Below are positions 41,400 through 51,287 of a stretch of 60,328 nucleotides of DNA, in pieces (position 1 is the first letter of the stretch; every line of letters starts with the position of its first letter). The notes under the pieces were generated by a model. That model saw only the letters and a program-made list of their open reading frames with translations. It made no database searches and was not told the DNA's origin. Both the position numbers and the translations under genes were made by a program. The DNA is from Nemertoderma westbladi (Eukaryota > Animalia > Xenacoelomorpha): the NCBI GenBank assembly GCA_032718475.1, contig JAUCBJ010005790.1, positions 1 through 60,328 on the forward strand, in the 5' to 3' direction.

Positions 41400-44300
41400 G
41401 TCGTCGTTACGATTTTGACATGCTAATAACTTTGTCGGATTTAAAGCTGCCAAGTTGAAAATTTGTAGGTATCAATATGAGCAAAAGTTGAGATTTTTGA
41501 GAGACTTTCAGACACCATCAGTGCAATGGTCTCCCGCTAGAGGGCCACATGTCTAAACATTAAATGCCCTCCCATTTCTTTGCTTTTAATCCGTTTAAGC
41601 TGAAACTTGGCAGATATGTATTAGACCATTAGCTGTGACTTTCAAAGGAGGCGAATCCATCTGCAGTTCTCCAGTCTGCCGCTAGAGGGCCAAAGGTCTG
41701 AAAGTGAAATCGTTGTCGTCGTTACGATTTTGACATGCTAATAACTTTGTCGGATTTAAAGCTGCCAAGTTGAAAATTTGTAGGTATCAATATGAGCTAA
41801 AGTTGAGACGTTTGAGAGACTTTCAGACACCATCAGAGCAAGTCTCCTGCTAGAGGGCCACATGTCTAAACGTTAAATGTCCTCCCATTTCTTTGCTTTT
41901 AATCCATTTATGCTGAAATTTGGCAGATATGTACTAGACCATTAGCTGTGACTTTGAAAGAAGGAATTGAATTGAATTGAAGGCTAATCCGTGTGCATTT
42001 CTTCAGTCTGCCGCTAGAGGGCGAAATGTTTGAAAGTGAAATCTTTCTCCCATCTCGTTATTTATGATCCGTTCAAGCTGAAACGTAGCAGATATGTAGT
42101 AGAAGTCGGCCTGAGTCTTTGGTGGGCAGTAAACGGTCTGGAGTCCTCCAGTCTGCCGCTAGAGGGCGAAAAGTATAACTAAGTATAATTAAGTCACGTG
42201 CTGCGCGAAGGCCCCACTTCGTGTATCTGTAATGTATTCTTCAAATGTAAACTGTGTAAAAATATAAAAAAATATAAATATGTTTATAGAGTACGAGTAG
42301 ATTAAGAAGACCATATATTTTGTTTACTAATATATATGAATCCTGTAAAAAACAACCTACCTAATAATATTGAAATGTAAATGTCATGTAATTTTCAGTT
42401 GTATGTATAGTGTATACTATGTGTATCTATAGAGTTATTGATTAAGTTCGTACTGATTAACTAAGTTCATTTCACTGCCCATATTTGATTTCAGTTTGAA
42501 AGTATTAAAAGTGGCTGTGGTCAGATTGAAAGAGTAAAATGAGCAGACCCATCATGAAGTAAAAATCCGAGAAAAAACAAACAGTAAAGTAAAGATACAC
42601 CATGCTCAAAAATACATGCTACTCCAGTAACACTGGGTTGGGATTGATACCCCACGAGGCTTGCCCATTGCATGATGTATAATTGTGAAAGTAGGGAACA
42701 GGTAGTATTTAGATCCTTGATAAGGCTTTTCATTTTAAACAAGAAATGAAATAGCCTGAAAGATAGGTAGCCTATCGAACTGACAGATGTATATCGTCAC
42801 AAATTAATTCATTACCATATGGTATGTTTCTAACTCCTAAATTTACTTTTCCGGCACCAAATATTATTAGGTATTTTTATACTTTATACCACGCTGTATT
42901 ACAGCACAAAAGTACCGCACGCTGAATTTGATATCCTGTATAGCTAGCTACATCGTTAATAATACAGTTTAGCAAACCAACAGACCAAGCACAAAGGAAA
43001 ACATATTGTAATTTTGTGATACCTAACTGTTTATTTGGTTCCGGTACATGTAACTATTTAATTTGGTGTCAATGTCGAACTTACAGTGCTAACAGAGTCT
43101 AACAATTGCATTAGATTATAGTGCAGGTGTTTGGGCCAGTTTACTTTTATTATTGACGAAAATTAGAGATACCTTCATTAACATTATATTTTTCTTTATT
43201 AATAGTTTGCATGTTATTTGACATCTAGAATATACCACGTCACTTAATCCAATAACTATATACTTCACCATGGTCAATTATAACATATATATACCACACC
43301 TGCGAACAACACAACAAATATTAAGTGCTCATAGAATTGCAAGAAGAAATTCAAATAATTCCAGGTACACAACCCAACACCATTTGCAATAAAAGGGGAA
43401 ACAATACACATTTCATGCTGAATAGCCTTCCTGACGATTGTAACTGGCTAACTCCACCCTTCACCGTTTTATGAGAAATGGGAACTGACACTTTGATTAG
43501 TTATCCAGTTTGAAGAAGAATAGTAAAGAAGAATTATGACTGCACGATTACATTCCCATAAACAACACACTCATGCACCGCATAACCTCGCCTTGACCAT
43601 GTGTAGAATAGAAATGAGGGGCAAAACAAGTTAGTGAACGTGTGTTACATTGTATAAATTTTATCCGGCATTCGAAAAAATATGGCATTTTTTATCGCAC
43701 TTACGTGGTATATGCTATGTATATACAAAAAGCAGCCAATGAATTGAATAACATGAAGACAGTCTGAAACAAAATAACAGTATCTTTATATAAACTGTAA
43801 GAATATATATTACACTTTACAGAACTAACGCAATAACAGTGTAAAAGTGAATACTGAAAATATTTCTTGAGGAGTTACATCTCAACTAACGCGATGGTTC
43901 AATTATCTTCCCAGTGTTATAATCGAGATGAAATATTACATTTAGTTTACAATAAAATATTTTATTTGAAAAAAGGCTCTTTTTCTCACTAATATTTTTA
44001 AAATTGAGTTAATTAATCTAACTTTTTGTAACTAATTTTGCTGAAAATTAGGTTAAAAAATGTATTTTTTTAACTAATTCTAGCTTACTGTACACTGTGT
44101 ACAGCTACCGGTAGCTCAAACAATCTTCCGTCTGTACAGTACCGGTCCCGGTACTTGTACACGGTAACACGTGGTAACACATACTAGTACTGTACAGTAG
44201 TACAACAGTACAGTTTGAATACTGAAATTGGTGATAGTGGATAGTTCTGTATCATCCTCAGATCATACAGAATGGGTGTTAGCAGGGTGAAAGACTCGCT

Positions 44301-47300
44301 TCGCTCGTGCTAAAAACCTGCCAACTCTTGTAAAACTCAACCACTCGGACAGAATAGTTGAATTTCGCTAAATTGAAAATGAGTGAAAAAAGCGGAGTTT
44401 TCCGCTTACTTTTTTTTTTATCGAATAATAGTCCTGTATTGTTGTATATTCAATTTGTTAAATATTATTAAGATCTAACTTATTGTAATACTTTAAAAAT
44501 TGATAAGCATGTACCATGCATCGTGCAAAGTATGCCGCCCCCATGTCTGAATGTCAAGTCGGTGAATAAGATGTTCCCTACAAATTCCACATTACATGGT
44601 ATGTGATAATAACAAAACGGAATGACTTCTCTCATTCGATCCTATATGATATATCCAAAATACGTAATTACGTAAACGTACAATACCGGCAGTGTTAGTG
44701 TTTTAAAAAGAGGCTGAGGCTATTTAATAAATATTTTATGTAGAGCGGAGGAATAAGATTTATGAATTAGGCCTATGTTAAATATTGAACTTCACCACAG
44801 AATATGCAAAGCACTTCAAACATATTTTCAGCCATGGGGTTTTTAACCGGTGGTATTTTTTATACCGGTGGTATATTTTTTTAAATTGGGTGGCGACATA
44901 TAGTAGAATACGACATATGTATTATCAGCGGCACAACCACAGGTGGCGGGGGGGGGGGGGTGGGGGCACGTTGCCCTCACTTAAGGGGAAACCAAATCAC
45001 AAATCAGATGCCCCCGGGAACGTTTTATACCGGTACCGGTACTATATATTTTTTTTGCCAGGTAACCAAAGAACAATAGTGCTTATATCAGTATGACGAA
45101 CCTCCACTAATATGCTTTTAATATTAATAGGAAGCCAGTCGCATTATACTACCTGTACCGTATATACTCCAATTAACTAGTTTATTTGGCGTAACGCAAA
45201 AAATGTTAAATTGAACCGTTGATTAATATTTATTGACAATCCATTAATGCAGTCCATCATTTAATTTCCTATATGGAATGTTCGATAATCATATATTTCG
45301 AGGCTACTCGCACTCGGTCAGATATAACAGTGTGAAGTAGGTATTGTGTTATCTACACTACCCTAACCCCCCCCCCCCCCCCCCCCCCCCCCGTATAGAA
45401 CCAGTCAGCTAAGTTGTTAATTATTACACAAATCTTTTTCCCAGGACAGAATGTCGGTTGCCCCTGTCAACATTTGTGAGCTGTGCGCAGGTGACGTAGC
45501 ATAGATGAGGCACGACAGAATGTTTACTCACACCCTTTAATGGTGCTAGGCCATTCAGATTTGACATCCATTATTACTTAACCCGGTATCATTCCCATTA
45601 TTACATTATTAAAGTTAACTTGGTCTTATTTGTGGTTAGCTATTAAGGCCAGTTTACACGTGGCTACTTTTTCAGCAACTTGCCGATCACACGAAACACG
45701 AAGTAGCTGTAAAAAGTTGACAAAGTGTAAATCGGCCTTTAAGACACTATTCTAGAAGATGGAAAGATGGTGTTATATGGATTAATGATTCTACCGCCAG
45801 ACTGTCCCTATGCAGCTATGCCGGCAATACGAATTTTATGGGACACTTTAATCGTCCAAAGAAATAATTAAGAATTCTTCCCTACAGCATTACAATTATA
45901 TACCTGTCTGTCTGTGTGTGTAGCATTGCTGGACTCAGGTTTTTTTTCTCAGAATGTTCACTGTGAAAAGTTTCTAACTGCTGTATTGCTTGTTTTCTAC
46001 TTTATTTTTACATACAGTACGAGTACATCCTGTAATCTTAAATACCATCGAAATATTAAACTAATTAGGCGGGCCTACTACCGTATTTGATACAACTTTG
46101 GTCAACTTACGCCATTTATTGCGATGGGAAGGAATAATTGGTGATGGTCACAGTAGAAAGAGCCAACGAAAAAAAGTAGTGTTTTGAGATAAATTGCGTT
46201 TAAAGTTTTTGTTGTTGAAATTCAATTAAACGCTTATATATATTTTACTTGTTACATAAAGAACTATAGGGAAATTTGTTCAAATTATGATCAAAACACT
46301 CAATTATCTTCTCTACTTCAGTATCATATATTCTGTAGGTAGATTATTGGTAATATTATTTTATCATAATCGTTACCGTAGCCAATAACAGACTCTTCGA
46401 AAGGCATAGTGGTAATTAATATAGAACTTAAACGGGTTTCTAAAAAAAACACCTTTTCATTATTTACGCGCATGCAAATGCACTTTTATTTACTTCTATG
46501 CTAGCTGTTTTCATTCACCCAGGTCCCGTTAAATGCATAAGTTCCCGGTAGGATTACCACCCGGTCGCACTTGGTACCTTTCTACTATGACCAATCGATC
46601 ACCTAATCAACCCCAGCCATTACTTTTTCATAAGTTTCCTTTAAAAGGGCTATGAAAGAATATAAATTACGGGAATGACAGTGAAACACTCTTAGACTGT
46701 GATGGTTGTATGCAGTCCATGTCAATCTACAGATCTAAGTAGTAACAATACCACAAATGAGTTTATTTGATATTATAAGTTGGTCTTGGTACAACTGCAA
46801 CTGATGGTGATGAATCAAATTTAGAGTTTCAAGGTCGATTTTGGTGAATGGACAAACAAAAATTAAATATGGCTAAAGTATGAATGTTAAATTCTAGTGC
46901 TAGGCCTATAATTATCCTTATACTGTTATAGGCCTAGGAGTTTCTATTTCAAACTCTGTAAAGTAAAATTTATAATTTTAAATTTGTTACTTTCAATTTT
47001 TAGTTTTAGAAATATAGGCTAACAAGTTAAAAAATTTAGAAATCGCTATTTTCATTTATAAATTTCACTAACATATTTAGAAAAAAAAACACTGCTGGAG
47101 CTACTTTCGTAGAAAATATATTTATTATATTAAATTATATTATAAAATTATAATTAAATTAAATATAAATTAAAATTATATTATATACAATATTAATTTC
47201 CTTAAATTCATTAATAGCCTTAAGCGTCCAATGAAAATGTAGGCCTACATGGCTATGCAGGATTTAGTCCGCTACTTGTTTTATTACCCTTAGTTAATCA

Positions 47301-47846
47301 AACTACGACCTGCGATTTCAAATACGTGTGCCTGTCATTCGCCAATTGCCAATTGCCCTGTCCGTCCCCGCTCCGACGTCCTAGACTGCTAGCAGGCTAG
47401 AGACTAGAACCTGCAAAATGAAATAGGCCTATTAATAAGTTCAGTAGCTAATGATCAACAATAATTACATCAATCTTATTACTCACCAAAATCCGCCCCA
47501 TTGCAGTTTGGGCGGAAATTAAAACTCCTGCCCAATCCTTCAAAGTAATAAGCCATCCATATTCAGGCCCACCTCCAACTCCTGGATGCTTCGCATCTGA
47601 ATCCGGTTTTGAACTCAGGGCTGAGCCACTTGTAGACTTTTTCCGTTGCCCAACAAGGTAAATAATGATGCGAAATAGTAGAATAGAAAATAGTCCAGCA
47701 AATAACGTGATAAATGTTGATGCAATAAACGCATACCACAGTGATTCGCTTTCATCACGACTCCCACTTGGCAACATTAAACATGATCTCTCAATATAGT
47801 AATGGAGAGTATCAATCTGGTTAATTCCACAACAACACGACGACAT
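3375..47846 (-). CDS. KCNMA1: Slo1/BK calcium-activated potassium channel alpha subunit, multi-exon; span of the exons inside the window (3' part including the Ca bowl lies beyond base 1)
   Basis: Joined exons give S0-S6, the TVGYGD filter, RCK1 (HIVVCGHI..., [25 protein letters not shown]), the CxxCH heme motif and the start of RCK2. Splice sites are GT-AG and phases are compatible. Confidence 0.97.
4219..4445 (-). CDS. KCNMA1: Slo1 exon (RCK1-RCK2 linker)
   Basis: ccgcag|[17 protein letters not shown]...[24 protein letters not shown]|gtttgt, 227 nt; absent from the ORF track. Confidence 0.93.
5759..6131 (-). mobile_element. Penelope-like retroelement remnant with inverted partial terminal repeat
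   Basis: About 88-bp inverted arms (5759-5846 and 6044-6131); the left arm continues into a full hammerhead motif. Confidence 0.55.
5825..5870 (-). ncRNA. Minimal type I hammerhead ribozyme-like motif inside a tRNA-like Pol III unit
   Basis: AGCGCTA-CTGATAA-GGCCT-gtt-AGGCC-GAAA-CGTACG-TA-TAGCGCT: stem I, core (G8>A variant), stem II, palindromic stem III, GUA cleavage triplet. Confidence 0.7.
6203..6541 (+). mobile_element. Probable 3' fragment of a non-LTR retrotransposon ORF2 (Cys/His-rich C-terminus), frameshifted
   Basis: WKQP...[15 protein letters not shown]...CLCRHC...[10 protein letters not shown] resembles LINE C-terminal zinc-binding tails; GC-rich island. Confidence 0.45.
7743..9452. 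repeat. Interspersed repeat; inverted homolog at 30857-31671
   Basis: 7744-8060 and 8930-9452 match the reverse complement of 31325-31670 and 30857-31255; recurrent TTGGTGAAAACTCA motif. Confidence 0.8.
10275..10289 (-). CDS. KCNMA1: Candidate 15-nt Slo1 microexon in the RCK1-RCK2 linker
   Basis: ttttctcctttgcag|CGCTCAGTTTGTTAG|gtaaga; phase 1-1, frame-preserving, no stop, adds TLSLL. Confidence 0.6.
   Translation of the reverse strand, partial: RSVC
10301..10445. repeat. 18-19-bp tandem repeat (AAATAGTTTATCTATTAG)n, about 7 copies
   Basis: Seen directly; abuts the candidate microexon acceptor. Confidence 0.93.
11353..11425 (+). mobile_element. Degenerate tRNA-derived SINE head or tRNA pseudogene
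   Basis: A box TAGCTGAATGGTTAGAGC, anticodon-like arm CCAGA-CTTCCAT-CCTGG, decayed B box GTTGGATCC; acceptor stem not formed. Confidence 0.55.
11671..11834 (-). CDS. KCNMA1: Slo1 exon (end of RCK1, heme-binding motif)
   Basis: [55 protein letters not shown]|gtaagt, 164 nt. Confidence 0.95.
12028..12096 (-). CDS. KCNMA1: Slo1 exon (RCK1 C-terminal subdomain)
   Basis: tag|[25 protein letters not shown]|gtaagt, 69 nt. Confidence 0.92.
12673..12941 (-). CDS. KCNMA1: Slo1 exon (RCK1)
   Basis: [49 protein letters not shown]...[10 protein letters not shown]...QIA-GA|gttagt, 269 nt. Confidence 0.96.
13031..13450 (+). mobile_element. Helentron/HINE-like non-autonomous element
   Basis: 5' TGTGGGGCGAACCACGAAG, (GTC)n microsatellite, 3' GTGCTGCGCGAAG; related ends at about 10595, 16120, 41268 and 59280. 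Confidence 0.55.
13664..13816 (-). CDS. KCNMA1: Slo1 exon (RCK1)
   Basis: tag|[14 protein letters not shown]...[13 protein letters not shown]|gtatct, 153 nt. Confidence 0.96.
15087..15303 (-). CDS. KCNMA1: Slo1 exon (RCK1 N-lobe)
   Basis: [36 protein letters not shown]...[21 protein letters not shown]|gtaagt, 217 nt. Confidence 0.96.
15601..15692 (-). CDS. KCNMA1: Slo1 exon (end of S6, C-linker)
   Basis: tag|[32 protein letters not shown]|gtgagt, 92 nt. Confidence 0.95.
17851..18857 (-). mobile_element. 5'-truncated RTE-clade non-LTR retrotransposon (RT C-terminal half)
   Basis: [40 protein letters not shown] motifs; (TAG)n-like tail after the stop. Confidence 0.9.
19866..20287. mobile_element. 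MITE with internal palindrome containing TTAGGG motifs
   Basis: CAATGGGTACAACGAGTCAAAG / CTTTGACTCGATGTACCCATTG ends; inner inverted repeat about 19947-20112. Confidence 0.65.
20643..22151 (-). CDS. Intronless group II PLP-dependent decarboxylase (cysteine sulfinic acid/aspartate/glutamate decarboxylase; GADL1/CSAD-like), nested in a Slo1 intron
   Basis: Complete 502-aa ORF with [41 protein letters not shown] (PLP lysine), [14 protein letters not shown] and [10 protein letters not shown]. Confidence 0.95.
   Translation of the reverse strand: MATDGVNGDPLPGSFVKDVANLVFKENLIVGMLDGSGPVSGHSPIVEFVHPEILEKRFDFSIGRKGAKQEDLMASCKDLIRYSVKTSSPMFRNQLVGGVHEVGLAGTWLTEALNVSQYTYEVAPLFSLIERSVIKKVVCLLGWESGDGIFSPGGSLAVMYGIVAARFKAFPDVKRTGIFGLPRLAIFTSSDSHYSVAKAAHWLGHGTESVVLVETNEFGAMIPAKLEECIAESIRKGMRPFVVNATCGTTVLGAFDPLDEVGRICRKYSLWLNVDAAWGGPVLFSKKYRHLAKGIGLVDSFCWNPHKMMGAPLQTSVFVLKEVGLLQQCNSASATYLFQQDKFYDVSYDSGDKSVQCGRKAEAFKFWLMWKSMGDDGMEDAVDNAFECKNYIVKLIYAHCNFEMVICPDSQCTNICFWYIPSCMINEKRSPEWWKTLSRVAPQIKKQIILDGSLMIGYNPLPHKNLCNFFRLVLTTVPRLTFRNMDDIVETIHNAGQKLKFN
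22990..24110. mobile_element. MITE/foldback element with about 300-400-bp diverged inverted arms
   Basis: 23000-23320 is the reverse complement of 23790-24100. Confidence 0.75.
26393..28300 (+). repeat. 42-bp G-rich minisatellite (GGAGGATCTGTGGAGGGTGTGGGAGACAGGGTGAGAAGTACA)n with 34-bp deletion variants
   Basis: Direct tandem repeats; lies inside a larger region bounded by TCACAAAAAGTGGCCAAAAA inverted repeats (about 24897 and 28895-28915). Confidence 0.96.
29268..30562. mobile_element. Second, inverted copy of the same hAT element (lacks the 5760-6631 segment)
   Basis: Same TIRs; interior is a near-identical reverse complement of 5584-7742; TSD imperfect (CATTTCC). Confidence 0.9.
30857..31671. 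mobile_element. Non-autonomous TIR element (ACTGGTGA...TCACCAGT)
   Basis: Short terminal inverted repeat; second copy at 7743-9452. Confidence 0.7.
32743..32989 (-). CDS. KCNMA1: Slo1 exon (S5, pore, start of S6)
   Basis: [33 protein letters not shown]...[28 protein letters not shown]|gtgagt, 247 nt. Confidence 0.97.
33323..33510 (-). CDS. KCNMA1: Slo1 exon (S3, S4)
   Basis: [64 protein letters not shown]|gtcag, 188 nt. Confidence 0.95.
33781..33883 (-). CDS. KCNMA1: Slo1 exon (S1-S2 loop, S2)
   Basis: tag|[35 protein letters not shown]|gttagt, 103 nt. Confidence 0.92.
34236..36961. mobile_element. TIR element whose left subterminal 53-bp repeat has expanded into a satellite (about 34453-36390)
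   Basis: Ends GTAAAACGCGGATCCGGAT / ATCCGGATCCGCGTTTTAC; unit GGATCCGGGAAGGGGTGTAAAACGCGGATT plus 23 variable bp; inverted units at 36590-36830. Confidence 0.88.
39656..40080. mobile_element. Long palindrome, probable Penelope-like inverted terminal-repeat remnant
   Basis: About 190-bp arms around 39857; the right arm has an extra hammerhead motif. Confidence 0.65.
39977..40018 (+). ncRNA. Minimal Penelope-type hammerhead ribozyme motif (degenerate stem I)
   Basis: GCG-CTGAAGA-T-GGTTTA-ttgat-TAAATC-GAAA-CGTT-CG. Confidence 0.55.
40584..40642 (-). CDS. KCNMA1: Slo1 S1 exon variant B (59 nt, mutually exclusive candidate)
   Basis: tctcccgcag|[21 protein letters not shown]|gtgagt; same length and phase as variant A. 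Confidence 0.88.
41268..42230 (+). mobile_element. Helentron/HINE-like element with (GTC)n microsatellite, internal duplication and CTCF-like motifs
   Basis: Same ends as 13031-13450; (GTC)n at 41346-41407; about 315-bp internal direct duplication; five CYGCTAGAGGGC motifs. Confidence 0.65.
43705..43763 (-). CDS. KCNMA1: Slo1 S1 exon variant A (59 nt, mutually exclusive candidate)
   Basis: ttttgtttcag|[21 protein letters not shown]|gtaagt; phase 0 in, phase 2 out. Confidence 0.88.
47487..47846 (-). CDS. KCNMA1: Slo1 exon 1 (N-terminus, S0, S0-S1 loop)
   Basis: [17 protein letters not shown]...[18 protein letters not shown]; donor GTGAGT at 47486. ATG at 47846 has an in-frame stop upstream; alternative ATG at 47777. 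Confidence 0.92.
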
Positions 47847-48230
47847 CACGCTGGTTTCTGGTTATGATTTACCGGCGTGCCGTTTGCAGTTTCGCTGGCT
47901 GTTGGCTTGTTCCATAGGCAAATAGTAAACAATCCGACAACAAGACAATACTTCAGGTCACGGTCACGTCAATACATCGTTCTTTGTTTGTAGGTTATTA
48001 TTTTCATTATGCAAAAATCATCTGCCCAGGCAGCCAGGCCAGGCCTACTGATCTACCTGATTGACCTGTCTATGGTCTAGTCTAGGATTACGTTATCTAT
48101 CAGAGTAGGCCAGCTCCATCCTGCTCTCACTATCAATCAAATTAGACTGTTAAGAGTCCAAGTGAAGCATTGGTAGCCAACATTTTAGGGATACCGTAAA
48201 ATAAACCGGGGTGACTTGATATAATATTGA

Positions 48231-50009
48231 GGGTAAACTGGGGTAAGTGAGCTAGGGGTAAAGTGAGCTATTTTTTAATTTATTTTTTTAAATATAGAAA
48301 TTTTTATTATTTCCATTCTCTAAAATCATCATAATGTCTACAAATATCCTAGCTTTGCTCTAATGTACAAAATATCTTACGACAGCTTGAAATTTCGAAG
48401 CAATTAAATTTTTTACAAAATATGAAAAAAAAGTTGAAAATTCTAATTCATGCATACAAACTTTTTGGTTATTGATTTTAAAATACAAAATAATAAACAA
48501 CGAATTAAGGTAGAGAGTTGTCATTACCGCAAATAATGGTAAATACGTGATACTTGAGATATCCCGTGCAATTTTTGTCATTCGACAACTACCGTAATTA
48601 TTTACTTAATTAATTAATTAATTTGGTTCACTTTAGACTTTACCCCTTAAATATATTGGCAATGGGGTAAAGTGAGCTATCGAAATTTTGGTGCTGTTTA
48701 TGTTTTAGAAAATTTTATATTTCATTATTATCTCTTAATTTGTAACAGAATGTTGTTTGGATGTCGGGTAGGCCCTAACTCTAGGTTTTAGCTGTCAGGT
48801 CAGGCCCGAGGTCGGTGTAATAAATAAACGTCTTAGGCCTGCAGATTAGTACCAGTAGTGCTACAATTTCCACTACTAGGCCTACTGTATTCAGGTTTAT
48901 TGTTTGTTTGTTGGTTATTTAGATTTATAATAGGGCCTAATAATTTTGTAATGTTCTATAATTCATAATTCGTTGGCCTATAGCTGTATAGCCTACTGTA
49001 TGTTTATCTATTTTTTAAAAACATAGAAAATGGTTCACTTTACCCCCAGAAAATTACTAATTACTAAATGGGGTAAAATGGTTTTAGACCTCATTTTCGA
49101 GGGAAGCTCACTTTGCCTCATGAGTGGGGTAAAGTGAGCTATTCGAAATGTCAAAAAAAATAAATAATCTGCCTATTTAATAGGCAAATTATCTCTTGAT
49201 TTTTTCATAAGGCAATCCTGAATGGGGTTAAATGCCATTCTGCTAAGTAGGGCATGTACGCCGAACGCGTTCGGCGCACAATTTTTTCCAGAATTTGGAG
49301 CAGGCGCAGCAAATTGAGAGAGCGGCGCCGCGCAGGCGCTGAAAATTAAGAGCGCGGCACCGCATAGGCGCAGAAAATTGATAGCGCGGCTCAGACGTGC
49401 ACTACACGACTACAGCACAAGTCAGTAAGTAGGCCTACCCCTGCCTGGCAGTCTGCCGACTACCGGTAACAGGGTAGGCCTAACACCTAATGACAGAATG
49501 ACAATACACAGATACAGACTGACAGATAAGAGATAATGCAGCTTGGTGTGCTTCGACCAGTAGGCAGGCAGGTAGGTGGTAGGAGATTTCGCTTAGTATT
49601 TCTGCTGTCTGGCTGTGCGCGCCAATCTCGCGCAGTTTTTCTGCCGCGCACGCGGATTTTGCACTGTTTTCGACTGCGCAGGCGCACATTTTTTTTCTGC
49701 GCCGCGTCGCGTTCGGCGCACAAAAAAATCACTTAGCAGAAGGGGTTAAATGGTTTTGCAAATGATTTTAGAGATAGCTCACTTTGCCCAGTTTGCCCCA
49801 TGAGTGGGGTAAATTGAGCTACTTGTGTGCTCTAAACAAAAGGTATAATTTTACTATTTAATAGGCAAATTATGTTATAATTTTTGTGAGATTGTTTAGA
49901 GCAATAATGTAGTGCACAAAGGAATACATTGGTATTTCCTCAATGAGAAAATAACTATTTTTAAAACACGAAAAACTACAAAAGTAGCTCACTTCACCCC
50001 AGTTTACCC
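48231..50009. mobile_element. Non-autonomous TIR transposon just upstream of Slo1 exon 1, with a nested GC-rich insertion (about 49230-49748)
   Basis: GGGTAAACTGGGGT(G)AAGTGAGCTA inverted ends; internal GGGGTAAAGTGAGCTA repeats; nested TTCTGCTAAGT inverted ends near TTAA. Confidence 0.75.
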
Positions 50010-51287
50010 GATATATTCTGTTCTGACATTGACAGATTAGGGCGACTTCTTGACTTGTCACAGCAAGTTATACCGTACTTTAGGCTATTTCTTTAACGGA
50101 CACGAATTGCAGGATTGTCAGATTGTGGGTGATTGCGATTGCGTGATTTTATGACAAAAATCTAAATATGAGATGATGTCTGAATCTGAATAAATGGCCT
50201 GTCAATTAGCTTAGGCCTATTACTAAAATAAATTTTGTCATTGCTTCGCGTTCGCATTTGTGATCACCCACCAGCAGACCAGTGCCGAGACAGGGGAGGA
50301 ACTGGACTGCTGGAAGCAAAACCTGCCTTGGCAAATTAATATCCTGCCTCAAAGTTAAATTCTCAATTTAGGAAAAGGCAGAAAGGAGCAGGTTACGGTA
50401 CGTTACAGTGGCGTGGCACGTTATTTTAACCAAAACAATAAACTAAACACAATAGCCTACCGGTTTAACGAGGCCTACGCGGTAGAACATGTTACAGTTT
50501 CATTTTTGACAATAATCATAGGCGGACCTAGGAATTACCCCAAACAGCCAAAATACGGTCCTACGAATTACCGGTACCCCAAAACACCCCAAAAGACCCC
50601 AAAATAGTATAAAACTACCCCAAAATAGTTTAGAATTACCGTACCCCAAAATACTTTTTTTTGAGCCTTTGTTTTGGAAATTTAATTTACCCCAAAATCA
50701 GAAAATATGGTAAAATGACGAATTACCCCAAAATAATGACGAATTACCGGTACCGGTACCCCAAAATAATTAAAAATTTTTTCTTCACTCTCGTTTATTG
50801 TTTTGGTTAAAAAAAACTTGCCACTGTAACCTGCTCCGTTCCCTCGCTGTTAAAAAACATTTTTAGCTTATTTTGGGGTAATTTTTTAGCCTTTTTGCAG
50901 TTTTGGGGTATTTTGGGGTAATTTTTGACTATTTTGGGGTGTTTTGGGGTAATTCGTAGGACCCGCCAAAATACGGTAGGCCTACCCCAAAGCCCAAAAG
51001 ACCCTAAAATAGTAGCCTACCGTACTGCAGTACAGTAGTAGGCCTATAAAACTAGCCTAGGCCCTACCCCAAAATGGTTTAAAATTACCTATATATACCT
51101 ACCCCAAAATAGTTTAGAATCACAAAACACAAAAATAGTAGGCCTAAAACACAAAAAAACACAATATTACCCAAAACAACTTAGGGCTACCACTCTGCCA
51201 GTACCGGTAGACCTACCCAAAAAGACAAAAAAAAATTTTTCATAAACAATCTGACAATGCATCTTCCAGTCTTCTATCAGTCTACAG

